NCBI GenBank assembly: GCA_017610175.1
Contig: JAFCCO010000006.1
Coordinates: 2,778 to 66,777 of the forward strand
Source of the DNA: Candidatus Iainarchaeum sp.
GTDB taxonomy: Archaea > Iainarchaeota > Iainarchaeia > Iainarchaeales > GCA-2688035
Length of the DNA stretch: 64,000 nucleotides
Direction: 5' to 3'
Part shown: positions 35,492 to 43,636 of the stretch, piece by piece
Layout: every line of letters starts with the position of its first letter
Position numbering within the stretch: the first letter of the stretch is position 1
The notes under the pieces: generated by a model
What the model saw: only the letters and a program-made list of their open reading frames with translations
Database searches by the model: none
Told to the model about the DNA's origin: nothing
Program-made: the position numbers and the translations under genes

Positions 35492-35785
35492 ATGGCAAAA
35501 CAGGCTATTGACAAAAAGCTTCTTTTGGGGGTTGCAAAAAATGCAAGGCTGAACCTCTCTGAAAAAGAAATAACCGAATTTTTGCCCCAATTGTCCGAAA
35601 TACTTGAGTCATTCGGAAAGCTGGATGAGCTTGACGTTTCAAAGGAAAAGCCATCATTCCAGCCTATTGCGACAAAAAACGTTTTTAGGGAGGACAAGGT
35701 TGAAAAATGCCTCAGCCAAAAGGACGCGCTCTCAAACACAAAACACAAAAAGGACGGCTATTTCCTTGGTCCAAAAGTGGTGTAA
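35492..35785 (+). CDS. gatC: Asp/Glu-tRNA amidotransferase subunit C
   Basis: 97 aa. VAKNARLNLSEKEITEFLPQLSEILESFGKLDELDV…FREDK. Confidence 0.85.
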   Translation: MAKQAIDKKLLLGVAKNARLNLSEKEITEFLPQLSEILESFGKLDELDVSKEKPSFQPIATKNVFREDKVEKCLSQKDALSNTKHKKDGYFLGPKVV

Positions 35786-35788
35786 CAA

Positions 35789-37198
35789 ATGGTTTCAAGC
35801 ATAGCCGAATTTGTAAAACAGGTGCGAATGGAAAAAATGGACGTCCTGGAACACACCGCACAAATTTTTGACGAGATTGAATCAAACAGCGAGCTCAACC
35901 ACTTCAATGTGGTGGCAAAGGAGCAGGCAATGCAACAGGCAAACGAGATTGCAGCCGGAATAAAAATAGGGCGTCACGAAGGCAAACTGCTTGGGGTGCC
36001 AATAAGCGTAAAAGACTGCGTCTGTGTAAAGGGGATGGAGAGCAGGGCAGGAAGCAAAATTCTCTCAGGCTACAAGCCAACGTTCAATGCAACAGTTATT
36101 GAAAAAGTTTTGGTTGAGGGGGCGATAATAATCGGAAAAACAGCCCAGGACGAATTTGGTTTTGGAACATTCGGCACAAACGCAAACATAGGCTTTGAAG
36201 CCCCAAAAAACCCGCTTGACCAGGACAGGGCATGCGGCGGAAGCTCTGCGGGAAGTGCGGGCTTTACTGCATTAACAAAGTTCACCCACGCAAGCATTGC
36301 GCAGTCAACAGGAGGCAGCATAGCAAGCCCGGCATCATTCTGCGGAGTAGCCGGTTTTACACCAACATACGGCCTTGTTTCAAGATACGGGCTCATTGAT
36401 TACGGAAACAGCCTTGACAAAATTGGGACAATTGGAAAGACTGTTGAGGACGCATCACTTTTGCTTGGCATAATTTCAGGGCACGACCCGCAGGACAGCA
36501 CATCCCTTGAGGAACGCTTTGAGGAAAAAGGCGAAGCCAAAAAAATCGGAATAGTGAAAGAGCTTTTTGAAAAAAGCGATGACAAGGTTTCAAAAGAGTG
36601 CAAAAAGGCACTTGGCAAACTTGAAGCAAAGGGTTTTGAACTAAAGGAAATTTCCCTGCCCCTGAATTCAGAGTACGGCATTGCAGCATATTACCTAATT
36701 TCAATGACTGAGGCAAGCACAAACCTTGCAAGGTTCTGCGGAATGAGATATGGCCTGCACAAGGAACTTGAGGGCCACTTTGATGAATACTTTTCATCGG
36801 TTAGAAGCGATGGTTTTGGAACGGAAGCCAAAAGGCGTGTTTTGCTTGGGACATTTGCAAGAATGTCCGGCTTCAGGGATGCCTACTATTTAAGGGCAAT
36901 GAAAACAAGAACAAAGCTCATTAATGAATTTAAGAACGCATTCAAAGAGGTTGACGTGCTTGCGCACCCCACAATGCCTGTTATTGCCCCCAAGTTTTCC
37001 GAAATAGAAAAGCTTACGCCAATGCAAAACTATGCCATGGACTTATGCACGGTTCCGGCAAACCTTGCAGGCTTGCCGCACATTTCGGTTCGTGCGGGCG
37101 AAGTAAACAAAATGCCTGTCGGGCTGATGTTAACTGCCGGGCACTTGCGTGAAAACATACTTTCATCGATTGCACTTGAAGTGGAGGGGGCGCAGTGA
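35789..37198 (+). CDS. gatA: Asp/Glu-tRNA amidotransferase subunit A (amidase)
   Basis: Amidase signature GGSSAGSAG…STGGSIASPASFCGVAGFTPTYG. Confidence 0.95.
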   Translation: MVSSIAEFVKQVRMEKMDVLEHTAQIFDEIESNSELNHFNVVAKEQAMQQANEIAAGIKIGRHEGKLLGVPISVKDCVCVKGMESRAGSKILSGYKPTFNATVIEKVLVEGAIIIGKTAQDEFGFGTFGTNANIGFEAPKNPLDQDRACGGSSAGSAGFTALTKFTHASIAQSTGGSIASPASFCGVAGFTPTYGLVSRYGLIDYGNSLDKIGTIGKTVEDASLLLGIISGHDPQDSTSLEERFEEKGEAKKIGIVKELFEKSDDKVSKECKKALGKLEAKGFELKEISLPLNSEYGIAAYYLISMTEASTNLARFCGMRYGLHKELEGHFDEYFSSVRSDGFGTEAKRRVLLGTFARMSGFRDAYYLRAMKTRTKLINEFKNAFKEVDVLAHPTMPVIAPKFSEIEKLTPMQNYAMDLCTVPANLAGLPHISVRAGEVNKMPVGLMLTAGHLRENILSSIALEVEGAQ

Positions 37199-37974
37199 AA
37201 AAAAGCAAAGAGCTCTCTGTTGCAATAAAAGCTGCGAAAGCCGCGGCAAAGGTCATAATGAAATACTACGGGCACGTTACCAACGTGCGTAAGAAAAGTG
37301 ACAGTCTTGGAATAGTTACTGATGCGGACTTTGAAGCCCAGGAAGTAATCAAGAAGGAAATTCTCAGTGCATTTCCAAAAGCAAGCTTTTATGCAGAGGA
37401 AGACGAGTCACACGAGATTGACGATTCAATGTGGATTGTTGATCCAATAGACGGGACACTCAACTTTTCGCGCGGAATAAAGTGCTTTTCAGTTTCAATT
37501 GCGTTCATGCGAAAGAACAAGCTGATTGTCGGGCTAATTTTCAACCCCGCAACAGACGAAATGTTTTACGCGGAAAAGGGAAAGGGCGCATTCTTAAACG
37601 GGAAAAAAATAAAGGTCTCAAAAATTAAGGCACTTGATGAAATGATTTTTGACATCGGCCTGCCAAAAAGAAACGGGGTCAAGAAAAGAAACAGGGCCAT
37701 TTTTAAAAGGCAGTTTGGCAAACTTGGCCACTTCAGGCACTTTGGCTCTGCGGCACTGCAGCTTGTATTCATCGCGGCAGGCTGGATTGACGCATTTACT
37801 GAAACAGGGCTCTTTGCCTGGGATTTGGCTGCAGGGGTGCTTATTCTGCAGGAAGCGGGCGGAAAGGTTACCGATGAACGCGGGGCAAAAATTGACATAT
37901 TTGAGCGCGGAATAACGGTTGCAAGCAACAATATGGCTCACAAAGAAATCCTAAGGGGGCTTAGAGGAGTATGA
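37195..37974 (+). CDS. Inositol monophosphatase / FBPase-family phosphatase
   Basis: AEEDES…WIVDPIDGTLNF…WDLAAG. GTGA overlap with gatA and ATGA overlap with gatB. Confidence 0.9.
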   Translation: MKKSKELSVAIKAAKAAAKVIMKYYGHVTNVRKKSDSLGIVTDADFEAQEVIKKEILSAFPKASFYAEEDESHEIDDSMWIVDPIDGTLNFSRGIKCFSVSIAFMRKNKLIVGLIFNPATDEMFYAEKGKGAFLNGKKIKVSKIKALDEMIFDIGLPKRNGVKKRNRAIFKRQFGKLGHFRHFGSAALQLVFIAAGWIDAFTETGLFAWDLAAGVLILQEAGGKVTDERGAKIDIFERGITVASNNMAHKEILRGLRGV

Positions 37975-39389
37975 GTGAAGAGAACAAAGGTCCTGGCAAA
38001 ACAATAATCGGGCTTGAGTGCCATGTGCAGCTTGACACCAAAAGCAAACTCTTCTGCGGCTGCCCAACAACCGCGGAGGAGCCAAACAGCGCATGCTGTG
38101 AAATTTGCCTGGGTTTTCCCGGAAGCAAGCCGGTGCTTAACAGAAAGGCACTGGATTATGCGCTGCGTGTTGCGCTTGCACTGAATTGTGAAATAAACCG
38201 CGAGTTTTTCTTCAGCAGAAAAACATATTTCTATCCCGACATGTCAAAGAACTTTCAGATAACTCAGTATGAAATACCGGTGGGCAAGGGCGGGCACATT
38301 ATACTTTCATCCGGCAAAAAAATACGCATAGACCGTGTCCACATTGAAGAAGATCCGGCTGCGCTTGTTCACAGTGAGGGGCTTGATGCATCAAGGTACA
38401 CAAAAGTCGATTATAACCGAAGTGGGATACCTTTGATTGAGGTTGTAACAGCACCCGACCTTTCAAGTCCGCAGGAAGCGCGAGACTTCCTTGACCAGCT
38501 TACAACAGTGCTTCACTACCTTGGGGTGTTTGATTTGCAGAACGGAACCCTTAAGGTAGACAGCAATCTTTCAATCGAGGGTAATGAAAGGGCTGAAGTT
38601 AAGAACATTACAGGAAAAAGGTCTGTTGAAAAGGCCCTTGCTTATGAGGAAGTGCGGCAAAAGGGTTTGGTCAAAAAGGGAGTGCATATGAAGCGCGAAA
38701 CCCGTGCTTTCAACGAGCAGACATCAACCACAAGGTCAATGCGCTCGAAGGAAAGTGAAGCAGATTACGGTTACATTTTTGACCCTGATCTCCCCACATT
38801 TGAACTGAGCGATTCGCACCTGGAGGAAATAAGGGGAAACCTTCCGGAATTGCATGGTATAAAAGCGGAGCGTTTCATGAAGCAGTATGCAATTGATGAA
38901 TACACCGCACAGGTGCTTTCAGCAAACCCTGTTTTGGGGGACTTGTTTGAGGATGTTTCCAAAAAGGTTGACGCAAGATTTGCGGCAAAATTTTTGAGCC
39001 GAGAGCTTCTTGCAATAATCAACTACAACAACCTTTCTCTCGCCACTGCCGGACTTGACCCTGCTGAAATTTCAGCTCTTCTTGAAATGCTTTTGAAGGG
39101 CGAGGTCAGCGAAAGAAATGCAAAGCAGGCGCTAATAAAGTACGCGCTTGAGAAAATACCTCCTGCGAAGTATATTGAGGAGCAGGGCCTTAAGAAGGAT
39201 CTTGATACAGATCAGATTGAGGATGCAGTTGATGTGGTTTTGAAGGAGCAGGAAAAGGCTGTTGCCGACTTTAAGGCAGGGGGGCAAAAGGCCCTTAATT
39301 TCCTGGTTGGGCAGGTAATGCGAAAGACCAAGGGGAAGGTTGAAGCCCGCGAAATTCAAAGCATTCTTGAAAAAAAGCTGGGTGCGTGA
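37971..39389 (+). CDS. gatB: Asp/Glu-tRNA amidotransferase subunit B
   Basis: IGLECHVQLDTKSKLFCGC…YFYPDMSKNFQITQ…HIEEDPA…C-terminal YqeY-like tail. Confidence 0.95.
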   Translation: MSEENKGPGKTIIGLECHVQLDTKSKLFCGCPTTAEEPNSACCEICLGFPGSKPVLNRKALDYALRVALALNCEINREFFFSRKTYFYPDMSKNFQITQYEIPVGKGGHIILSSGKKIRIDRVHIEEDPAALVHSEGLDASRYTKVDYNRSGIPLIEVVTAPDLSSPQEARDFLDQLTTVLHYLGVFDLQNGTLKVDSNLSIEGNERAEVKNITGKRSVEKALAYEEVRQKGLVKKGVHMKRETRAFNEQTSTTRSMRSKESEADYGYIFDPDLPTFELSDSHLEEIRGNLPELHGIKAERFMKQYAIDEYTAQVLSANPVLGDLFEDVSKKVDARFAAKFLSRELLAIINYNNLSLATAGLDPAEISALLEMLLKGEVSERNAKQALIKYALEKIPPAKYIEEQGLKKDLDTDQIEDAVDVVLKEQEKAVADFKAGGQKALNFLVGQVMRKTKGKVEAREIQSILEKKLGA

Positions 39390-39390
39390 A

Positions 39391-39786
39391 ATGAAGGAGC
39401 TTTCGATAAAAACTAAGTCAAGGGACGAATTGGTGGACATTACTTACTCTGTTCAGAAAACGGTTGGTGAAGAAAAAATTAATGGGGGGCTTTGCATAAT
39501 TTACTGCCCCCACTCAACGGCTGCTGTAACCATTAATGAAAACGCTGACCCAAGCGTTAAGGACGACATACTGAAATTTTTGAGAAGAATTGTTCCCGCG
39601 GATGCGGGCTATGCCCATGCAGAGGGGAATTCGGACGCGCACATTAAGGCCTCGCTTATGGGCAACAGCCGAATTGTTCCAATTTCAAATGGAAAGCTTG
39701 TTTTGGGAACATGGGAAGGGATTTTTTTCTGTGAATTTGACGGGCCCAGAAGCAGAAAGCTTCTTGTGTCGGTTTTGGGCAAGTAA
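39391..39786 (+). CDS. YjbQ/UPF0047-family protein (secondary thiamine-phosphate synthase-like)
   Basis: HSTAAVTINENADPSVKDD…EGNSDAHIKASLMG…GTWEGIFFCEFDGPR. Confidence 0.85.
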   Translation: MKELSIKTKSRDELVDITYSVQKTVGEEKINGGLCIIYCPHSTAAVTINENADPSVKDDILKFLRRIVPADAGYAHAEGNSDAHIKASLMGNSRIVPISNGKLVLGTWEGIFFCEFDGPRSRKLLVSVLGK

Positions 39787-40013
39787 TTGCCTTAATTCGA
39801 TGACCGTACTAGTTTTGCGATTGTACCAAAAATCATTTATAAATGGCAAACAGCTATTAGTACATAGGAGTTGATTCAGTTCCTATATGATTACATCCCC
39901 TGGTATGGACTGCGAGAAAGAGTACTTGTTTCACCTCACGTTTTTTTTCCTCGCTCCCTTCCTATTTTTCTTATTTTTGGTCCAAAATAGATTACTTTTA
40001 TGGAGGTTGTTGA

Positions 40014-40316
40014 ATGAGCTTATGGGAAATTCTTAGACCGGTTACCAATATTGCGGTGGAATTCAATTTTGCGGCAGAATCGCTTGCAATGATTTTATCA
40101 ATTGCAATCCTTGCGATTTCCTTGCTTGCATACCGCAAAGCAAAAACCAGGAGGCTTTTGCTTGTAACGGCTGCATTTTTCTTCTTTGCATTGAAGTGGG
40201 TTCTGAGAATAGCTGATCAGTTCATTAGTCCAGGATTTTTCTTTAGCAGGGCTTCTGACGCGATTGCAGACCTTTTGATTCTTGCGATCCTTTTCTATGC
40301 AATATTCAAAAAGTAG
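40014..40316 (+). CDS. Small membrane protein
   Basis: Three hydrophobic helices. GGAGG lies 8 nt upstream of the ATG. Confidence 0.4.
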   Translation: MSLWEILRPVTNIAVEFNFAAESLAMILSIAILAISLLAYRKAKTRRLLLVTAAFFFFALKWVLRIADQFISPGFFFSRASDAIADLLILAILFYAIFKK

Positions 40317-40326
40317 GTGCTTTTAG

Positions 40327-40863
40327 TTGGTTGATTTGGATGACGCGCTGGCCCTTGGTGCAAGGGAAAAGATTTACAGAACAATAAGCAAAAACCCTGG
40401 ACTCCATTTCCGGGAGCTTCAGAGAAGAACGGATCTTGCCACCGGCAGTCTCCAATACCATCTTGAATATCTTACAAAAAAGCATTTTGTGAAAATCGCA
40501 AAACAGGGAAAGTTTGTTCGCTACTACAACACAAGGGGGGAGCAGTTTGGAGAAGACGAAACACTGATGAACCTGCTTCGCCAGGAGAGCCTCAGAAAAA
40601 TAGTGCTTTTCCTTTTCACTAAAAAGAGCGCAACCAATCCAACAATTGCCGCGGCAATTGGCTTAAGCCCAAGTACAATTTCTTGGCACTTAAATAAGCT
40701 TGTTTCAAACGATGTTGTCAGTGTGCGAAAGAGGCTTAGAAAAAAATACTTTTTCTTAACTAATCCTGAAAAAACCAGGTTAATGCTAACTCAGCACAAA
40801 ACAAGTTTCCTTGATTCCCTTGTAGACCACTTTGTTGAGATTTGGGAAGAAATGGAAGCCTGA
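40327..40863 (+). CDS. Winged-helix (ArsR-like) transcriptional regulator, two wHTH modules
   Basis: KIYRTISKNPGLHFRELQRRTDLATGSLQYHLEYL, and a second module IAAAIGLSPSTISWHLNKLVSNDVV. TTG start. Confidence 0.65.
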   Translation: MVDLDDALALGAREKIYRTISKNPGLHFRELQRRTDLATGSLQYHLEYLTKKHFVKIAKQGKFVRYYNTRGEQFGEDETLMNLLRQESLRKIVLFLFTKKSATNPTIAAAIGLSPSTISWHLNKLVSNDVVSVRKRLRKKYFFLTNPEKTRLMLTQHKTSFLDSLVDHFVEIWEEMEA

Positions 40864-40864
40864 T

Positions 40865-41170
40865 TCAAAAGAATTCAAATCCAAACACAAACCCAACAAA
40901 CCCGAAGAAAACATCGCTTAGTTTATTTAATGGGTCTTCCTTGAATTGACTGCTTCTCTGGCTAACGAGAACCATTTCAATGAATTCCCATACGACAATT
41001 AGTGCAATTGCTATTTCAAAATCCTTGATAAATGCCCCAACCACAAGGCCCCCAATAAAGTGGGTCAGCATGTCAACCCTTGGAAACCTGTAATACCAGC
41101 CCTTGGTGTGTGCCACGCTGTGAACTATGATAAAAAGCGCAGCCAAAGCAACTTTCAGTTCTAAAGCCAT
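40865..41170 (-). CDS. Small membrane protein
   Basis: Three hydrophobic helices. No recognised motif. Confidence 0.4.
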   Translation of the reverse strand: MALELKVALAALFIIVHSVAHTKGWYYRFPRVDMLTHFIGGLVVGAFIKDFEIAIALIVVWEFIEMVLVSQRSSQFKEDPLNKLSDVFFGFVGFVFGFEFF

Positions 41171-41209
41171 AAATAATTAGTGATTTGAGTCTTTTTTAAG
41201 TTAACGGTA

Positions 41210-41285
41210 TGGGAGTGCCCGGATTCGAACCGGAGACCTCTCGGTTATCAGCCGAGTGCTCTAGACCAGACTAAGCTACACTCCC
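41210..41285 (-). tRNA. tRNA-Ile (anticodon GAT)
   Basis: Reverse complement GGGAGTGTAGCTTAGTCTGGTCTAGAGCACTCGGCTGATAACCGAGAGGTCTCCGGTTCGAATCCGGGCACTCCCA. Anticodon loop CTGATAA. No CCA. Confidence 0.9.
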
Positions 41286-41370
41286 GTAGATAAAAACAGA
41301 GTAAATAAACGGTTTTAAAGCTATTGAATTAATAACTTTCTATAGGCTAAACTTTTTAAATTCAAGCAAT

Positions 41371-41442
41371 AGCCCCGTCGTCTAGTGGCCAAGGATTCAG
41401 GCCTTTGGAGCCTGGGACGCGAGTTCGAATCTCGCCGGGGCT
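41371..41442 (+). tRNA. tRNA-Gln (anticodon TTG)
   Basis: AGCCCCGTCGTCTAGTGGCCAAGGATTCAGGCCTTTGGAGCCTGGGACGCGAGTTCGAATCTCGCCGGGGCTA. Anticodon loop CTTTGGA. No CCA. Confidence 0.9.
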
Positions 41443-41445
41443 ATT

Positions 41446-42015
41446 ATGCCTATTAAAGGATTGAGAAAACGGCTGAAATCATTCAGAAACAGGGCAAAAG
41501 CCTTTGCTGCCGATGTGGAAAAGGGCAAGGGGGCAAAGATGGTTTTGCGCCAGGGCAAATCCATGGAGGTTGGTTTGGGAAAGCACAAAAGGCTTGTTTT
41601 GAAAAGAAAGCTGGGCCACATGCGCCGCGCAAAAATTGACCAATCCAGATTCATAAAGTTCCTTGCAGCAAACGGGATTAAGCCAAAACACTATTCATTT
41701 GTAAGAATAAATTCCAATTCAAAGCTTGGGGTCCAGGAATATTTCCACCGCCCCTCGATTGCATCCCTTGTTGATTACTTGGAGCACAAGGCAGCAAAAA
41801 GCACAAGATATTTTAAGGGAAAAGAAGATGCTGTTTTGTGCAAGCAATTTGCAAACCAGCACAAGAACGTTACGGTTGAAAGTCTTGAGCGGGCCAGCGA
41901 TGAAATATTAAAGCATCTGCGGGAGGCAGACGTACTTTTTCAGATTCCATCCAACATAATTGTGGTTGGCACAGCAAGGGATGGAAAGCTAAGGTTTGCA
42001 ATGGTTGATGTTTAA
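41446..42015 (+). CDS. Hypothetical basic protein (possible degenerate Bud32/RIO-like kinase fold)
   Basis: Starts 4 nt after tRNA-Gln. VQEYFHRPSIASLVDYL and LKHLREADVLFQIPSNIIVVG…FAMVDV resemble a kinase hinge and catalytic-loop layout, but the HxD and DFG residues are missing. Confidence 0.3.
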   Translation: MPIKGLRKRLKSFRNRAKAFAADVEKGKGAKMVLRQGKSMEVGLGKHKRLVLKRKLGHMRRAKIDQSRFIKFLAANGIKPKHYSFVRINSNSKLGVQEYFHRPSIASLVDYLEHKAAKSTRYFKGKEDAVLCKQFANQHKNVTVESLERASDEILKHLREADVLFQIPSNIIVVGTARDGKLRFAMVDV

Positions 42016-42060
42016 ACCGCAAACGAAAGTTTTTTTTACTGCAAGCACATTATTGCATTA

Positions 42061-42651
42061 ATGACCCCCAAACTTTCAGGCATTGTGATTCGCGGTGAAC
42101 TTGCAAAGCCAAGCCTCCTGCTTTTTGTAGTTACTTTCTTTCCCCCGTTCCTTCTGGAAATTCCTTTTGGAAAGTACAATCTCTTCACGCAATTCTGGAC
42201 CTTTCCCGCGATTCCGTTCCACGAAATTGGGCATGTGCTAATGGGCTGGTTTTTTTCACCGCTTCTTGTCGGGATTGTTCCGCAGCTTTGGCTTGATGTT
42301 GCAACCTATTTGGAGGGATATCTTTTCAATGGAATTTCAGGGCTTGTGCTTTTGTTCTTTTCGCTTTCACTGCTTTCCAAAATAGACGAAGGCAAACTTG
42401 CCAAAAAATTCAGCAAACACGCGTATTCATTCATGTTTATTGCATACCTCAATCTTTTCATGATGCCCTACACCGTAACCCATTTGCGGCATGTAAGTGG
42501 TCCAGGGCTTGATTTTACCACTGCGGCAGGTTTGCTTGCAATTCCGGAAGCAGAGGTTGTTTTTTCAATGTGGATTGTGAACTGGATAACGCTTGCCCTT
42601 GCGCTTGTAGTGAATGCACTGCATATTTTGAGGTTTTCAAGGGAAGGGTAA
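42061..42651 (+). CDS. Polytopic membrane protein with HExxH motif (putative intramembrane metalloprotease)
   Basis: FHEIGHVLMGW lies inside a TM-rich 196-aa protein. Confidence 0.5.
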   Translation: MTPKLSGIVIRGELAKPSLLLFVVTFFPPFLLEIPFGKYNLFTQFWTFPAIPFHEIGHVLMGWFFSPLLVGIVPQLWLDVATYLEGYLFNGISGLVLLFFSLSLLSKIDEGKLAKKFSKHAYSFMFIAYLNLFMMPYTVTHLRHVSGPGLDFTTAAGLLAIPEAEVVFSMWIVNWITLALALVVNALHILRFSREG

Positions 42652-42712
42652 TGCTTTAATACCACAAAGGACTAAATTCTGAGGAAGAGTATTATTTAAT
42701 GGGGAACTAAAA

Positions 42713-43426
42713 ATGCCACCAAAACCAGTGCCAAAACCAAATCCTGCCAAAGCAGCGCCTAAAAAGGCAGTTAAAAGCAAGGATGCAAGCATAATTGCAA
42801 TAATTCAGGAAATGGTGCAAAAGGGCGAAAGCGAAGAAATGATTGTCAGCACTTTGCATGATTTGGGAATTGATCCAAAAAAGGCAAAGCGGCTTCTGCT
42901 TTTGGGCCAGGCAGACACTTTTGCGTTACTGCGCGGTGAAATAAGCAAAATTGTTCAGGAAAATGTTGAGCTTGAAAAGCCAAAACTTGCCGAATACATT
43001 CGCGTTGAGGCAAAGAAGGCAGAGAATGAAATGACCAAAAAGGTTGAACAGCGTGCGCTCAATGCATTCAAGGAAGACCAGGCGTTTATTGAAAACCAGG
43101 CCACAATGTTTCAGTCCAGAATAAATCAGGGCGTAAAGAACATAATGCAACTTAATGAGGAAACAAAGAAGCACATTGGAGAGCTTTCCGGAAGGCTTTC
43201 AAATATTGAGCGCGACGTGTGGTCGCTGAAGCACAGGGTTTTTGGAAGCAAGCTTACAAAGGGAGCGAGCGTAATTTTGATTGGCCTGCAAATTGGTTTG
43301 GTGCTTGCAAGCGGTTATCTTTTGCTGACTTCTTTTGCGGGAATTTCAACCCAGGTAATAATTCTTGGAGCAATTATTGGCTCCATTATTGCTGCGATGA
43401 TTTTCATTGTTGCACTTAGTGGATGA
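42713..43426 (+). CDS. Tail-anchored coiled-coil protein, unknown function
   Basis: Pro/Lys-rich N-terminus (PPKPVPKPNPAKAAPKK), a central coiled coil and two C-terminal TM helices. Confidence 0.4.
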   Translation: MPPKPVPKPNPAKAAPKKAVKSKDASIIAIIQEMVQKGESEEMIVSTLHDLGIDPKKAKRLLLLGQADTFALLRGEISKIVQENVELEKPKLAEYIRVEAKKAENEMTKKVEQRALNAFKEDQAFIENQATMFQSRINQGVKNIMQLNEETKKHIGELSGRLSNIERDVWSLKHRVFGSKLTKGASVILIGLQIGLVLASGYLLLTSFAGISTQVIILGAIIGSIIAAMIFIVALSG

Positions 43427-43432
43427 GGTTGA

Positions 43433-43636
43433 TTGAAAATGGGCCTGCTTGACAGATTCAGAAAAAAGAAAGAGCCTGAGGAAAAAGAGGAAGAGCCGCA
43501 GCCTGCGGCTTTGGGAAAATATGATGAGCCCTGTGCAATGTGCGGCAAGCTTGCCACTGAAAAAAAGTGGATGGGTCAGTACTGGCACAAGAAATGCGTG
43601 CGAAAAGGAAGAAAAATGGCCAAGGGAATGCTTTAA
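43433..43636 (+). CDS. Small zinc-knuckle protein
   Basis: CAMCGK…HKKC (C-x2-C…H-x2-C) with basic and acidic tails. Confidence 0.35.
   Translation: MKMGLLDRFRKKKEPEEKEEEPQPAALGKYDEPCAMCGKLATEKKWMGQYWHKKCVRKGRKMAKGML

Noticed and set aside
39887-40036. A 49-codon ORF in the 227-nt spacer after the YjbQ-like gene (MITSPGMDCEKEYLFHLTFFFLAPFLFFLFLV…), plus a search of that spacer for C/D-box or other ncRNA signatures.
   Set aside because: There is no well-placed SD. It overlaps the SD-led start of the 100-aa membrane ORF at 40014. The hydrophobic stretch derives from a T-rich tract. No convincing C (RUGAUGA) and D (CUGA) box pair at archaeal spacing was found here or in the other spacers (8196-8485, 60719-60978).
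41397-41654. ORFs running through tRNA genes: 41397..41654(-), 62424..62621(+), and the 5' part of 21602..22411(+).
   Set aside because: They overlap confidently folded tRNA-Gln, tRNA-Pro and tRNA-Thr genes. For the methyltransferase, only the part downstream of the tRNA was kept.
41210-43636. An integrated mobile element or prophage remnant at the tRNA-Ile/tRNA-Gln locus. More generally, a search of the window for CRISPR arrays, integrases, transposases, reverse transcriptase/DGR and toxin-antitoxin pairs.
   Set aside because: No integrase, transposase or RT-like ORF was found, and no direct repeat of a tRNA 3' end was seen by eye. No repeat-spacer array was found. The AbrB, XRE and nucleotidyltransferase genes lack recognisable toxin or HEPN partners. 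The locus is kept only as a low-interest finding.
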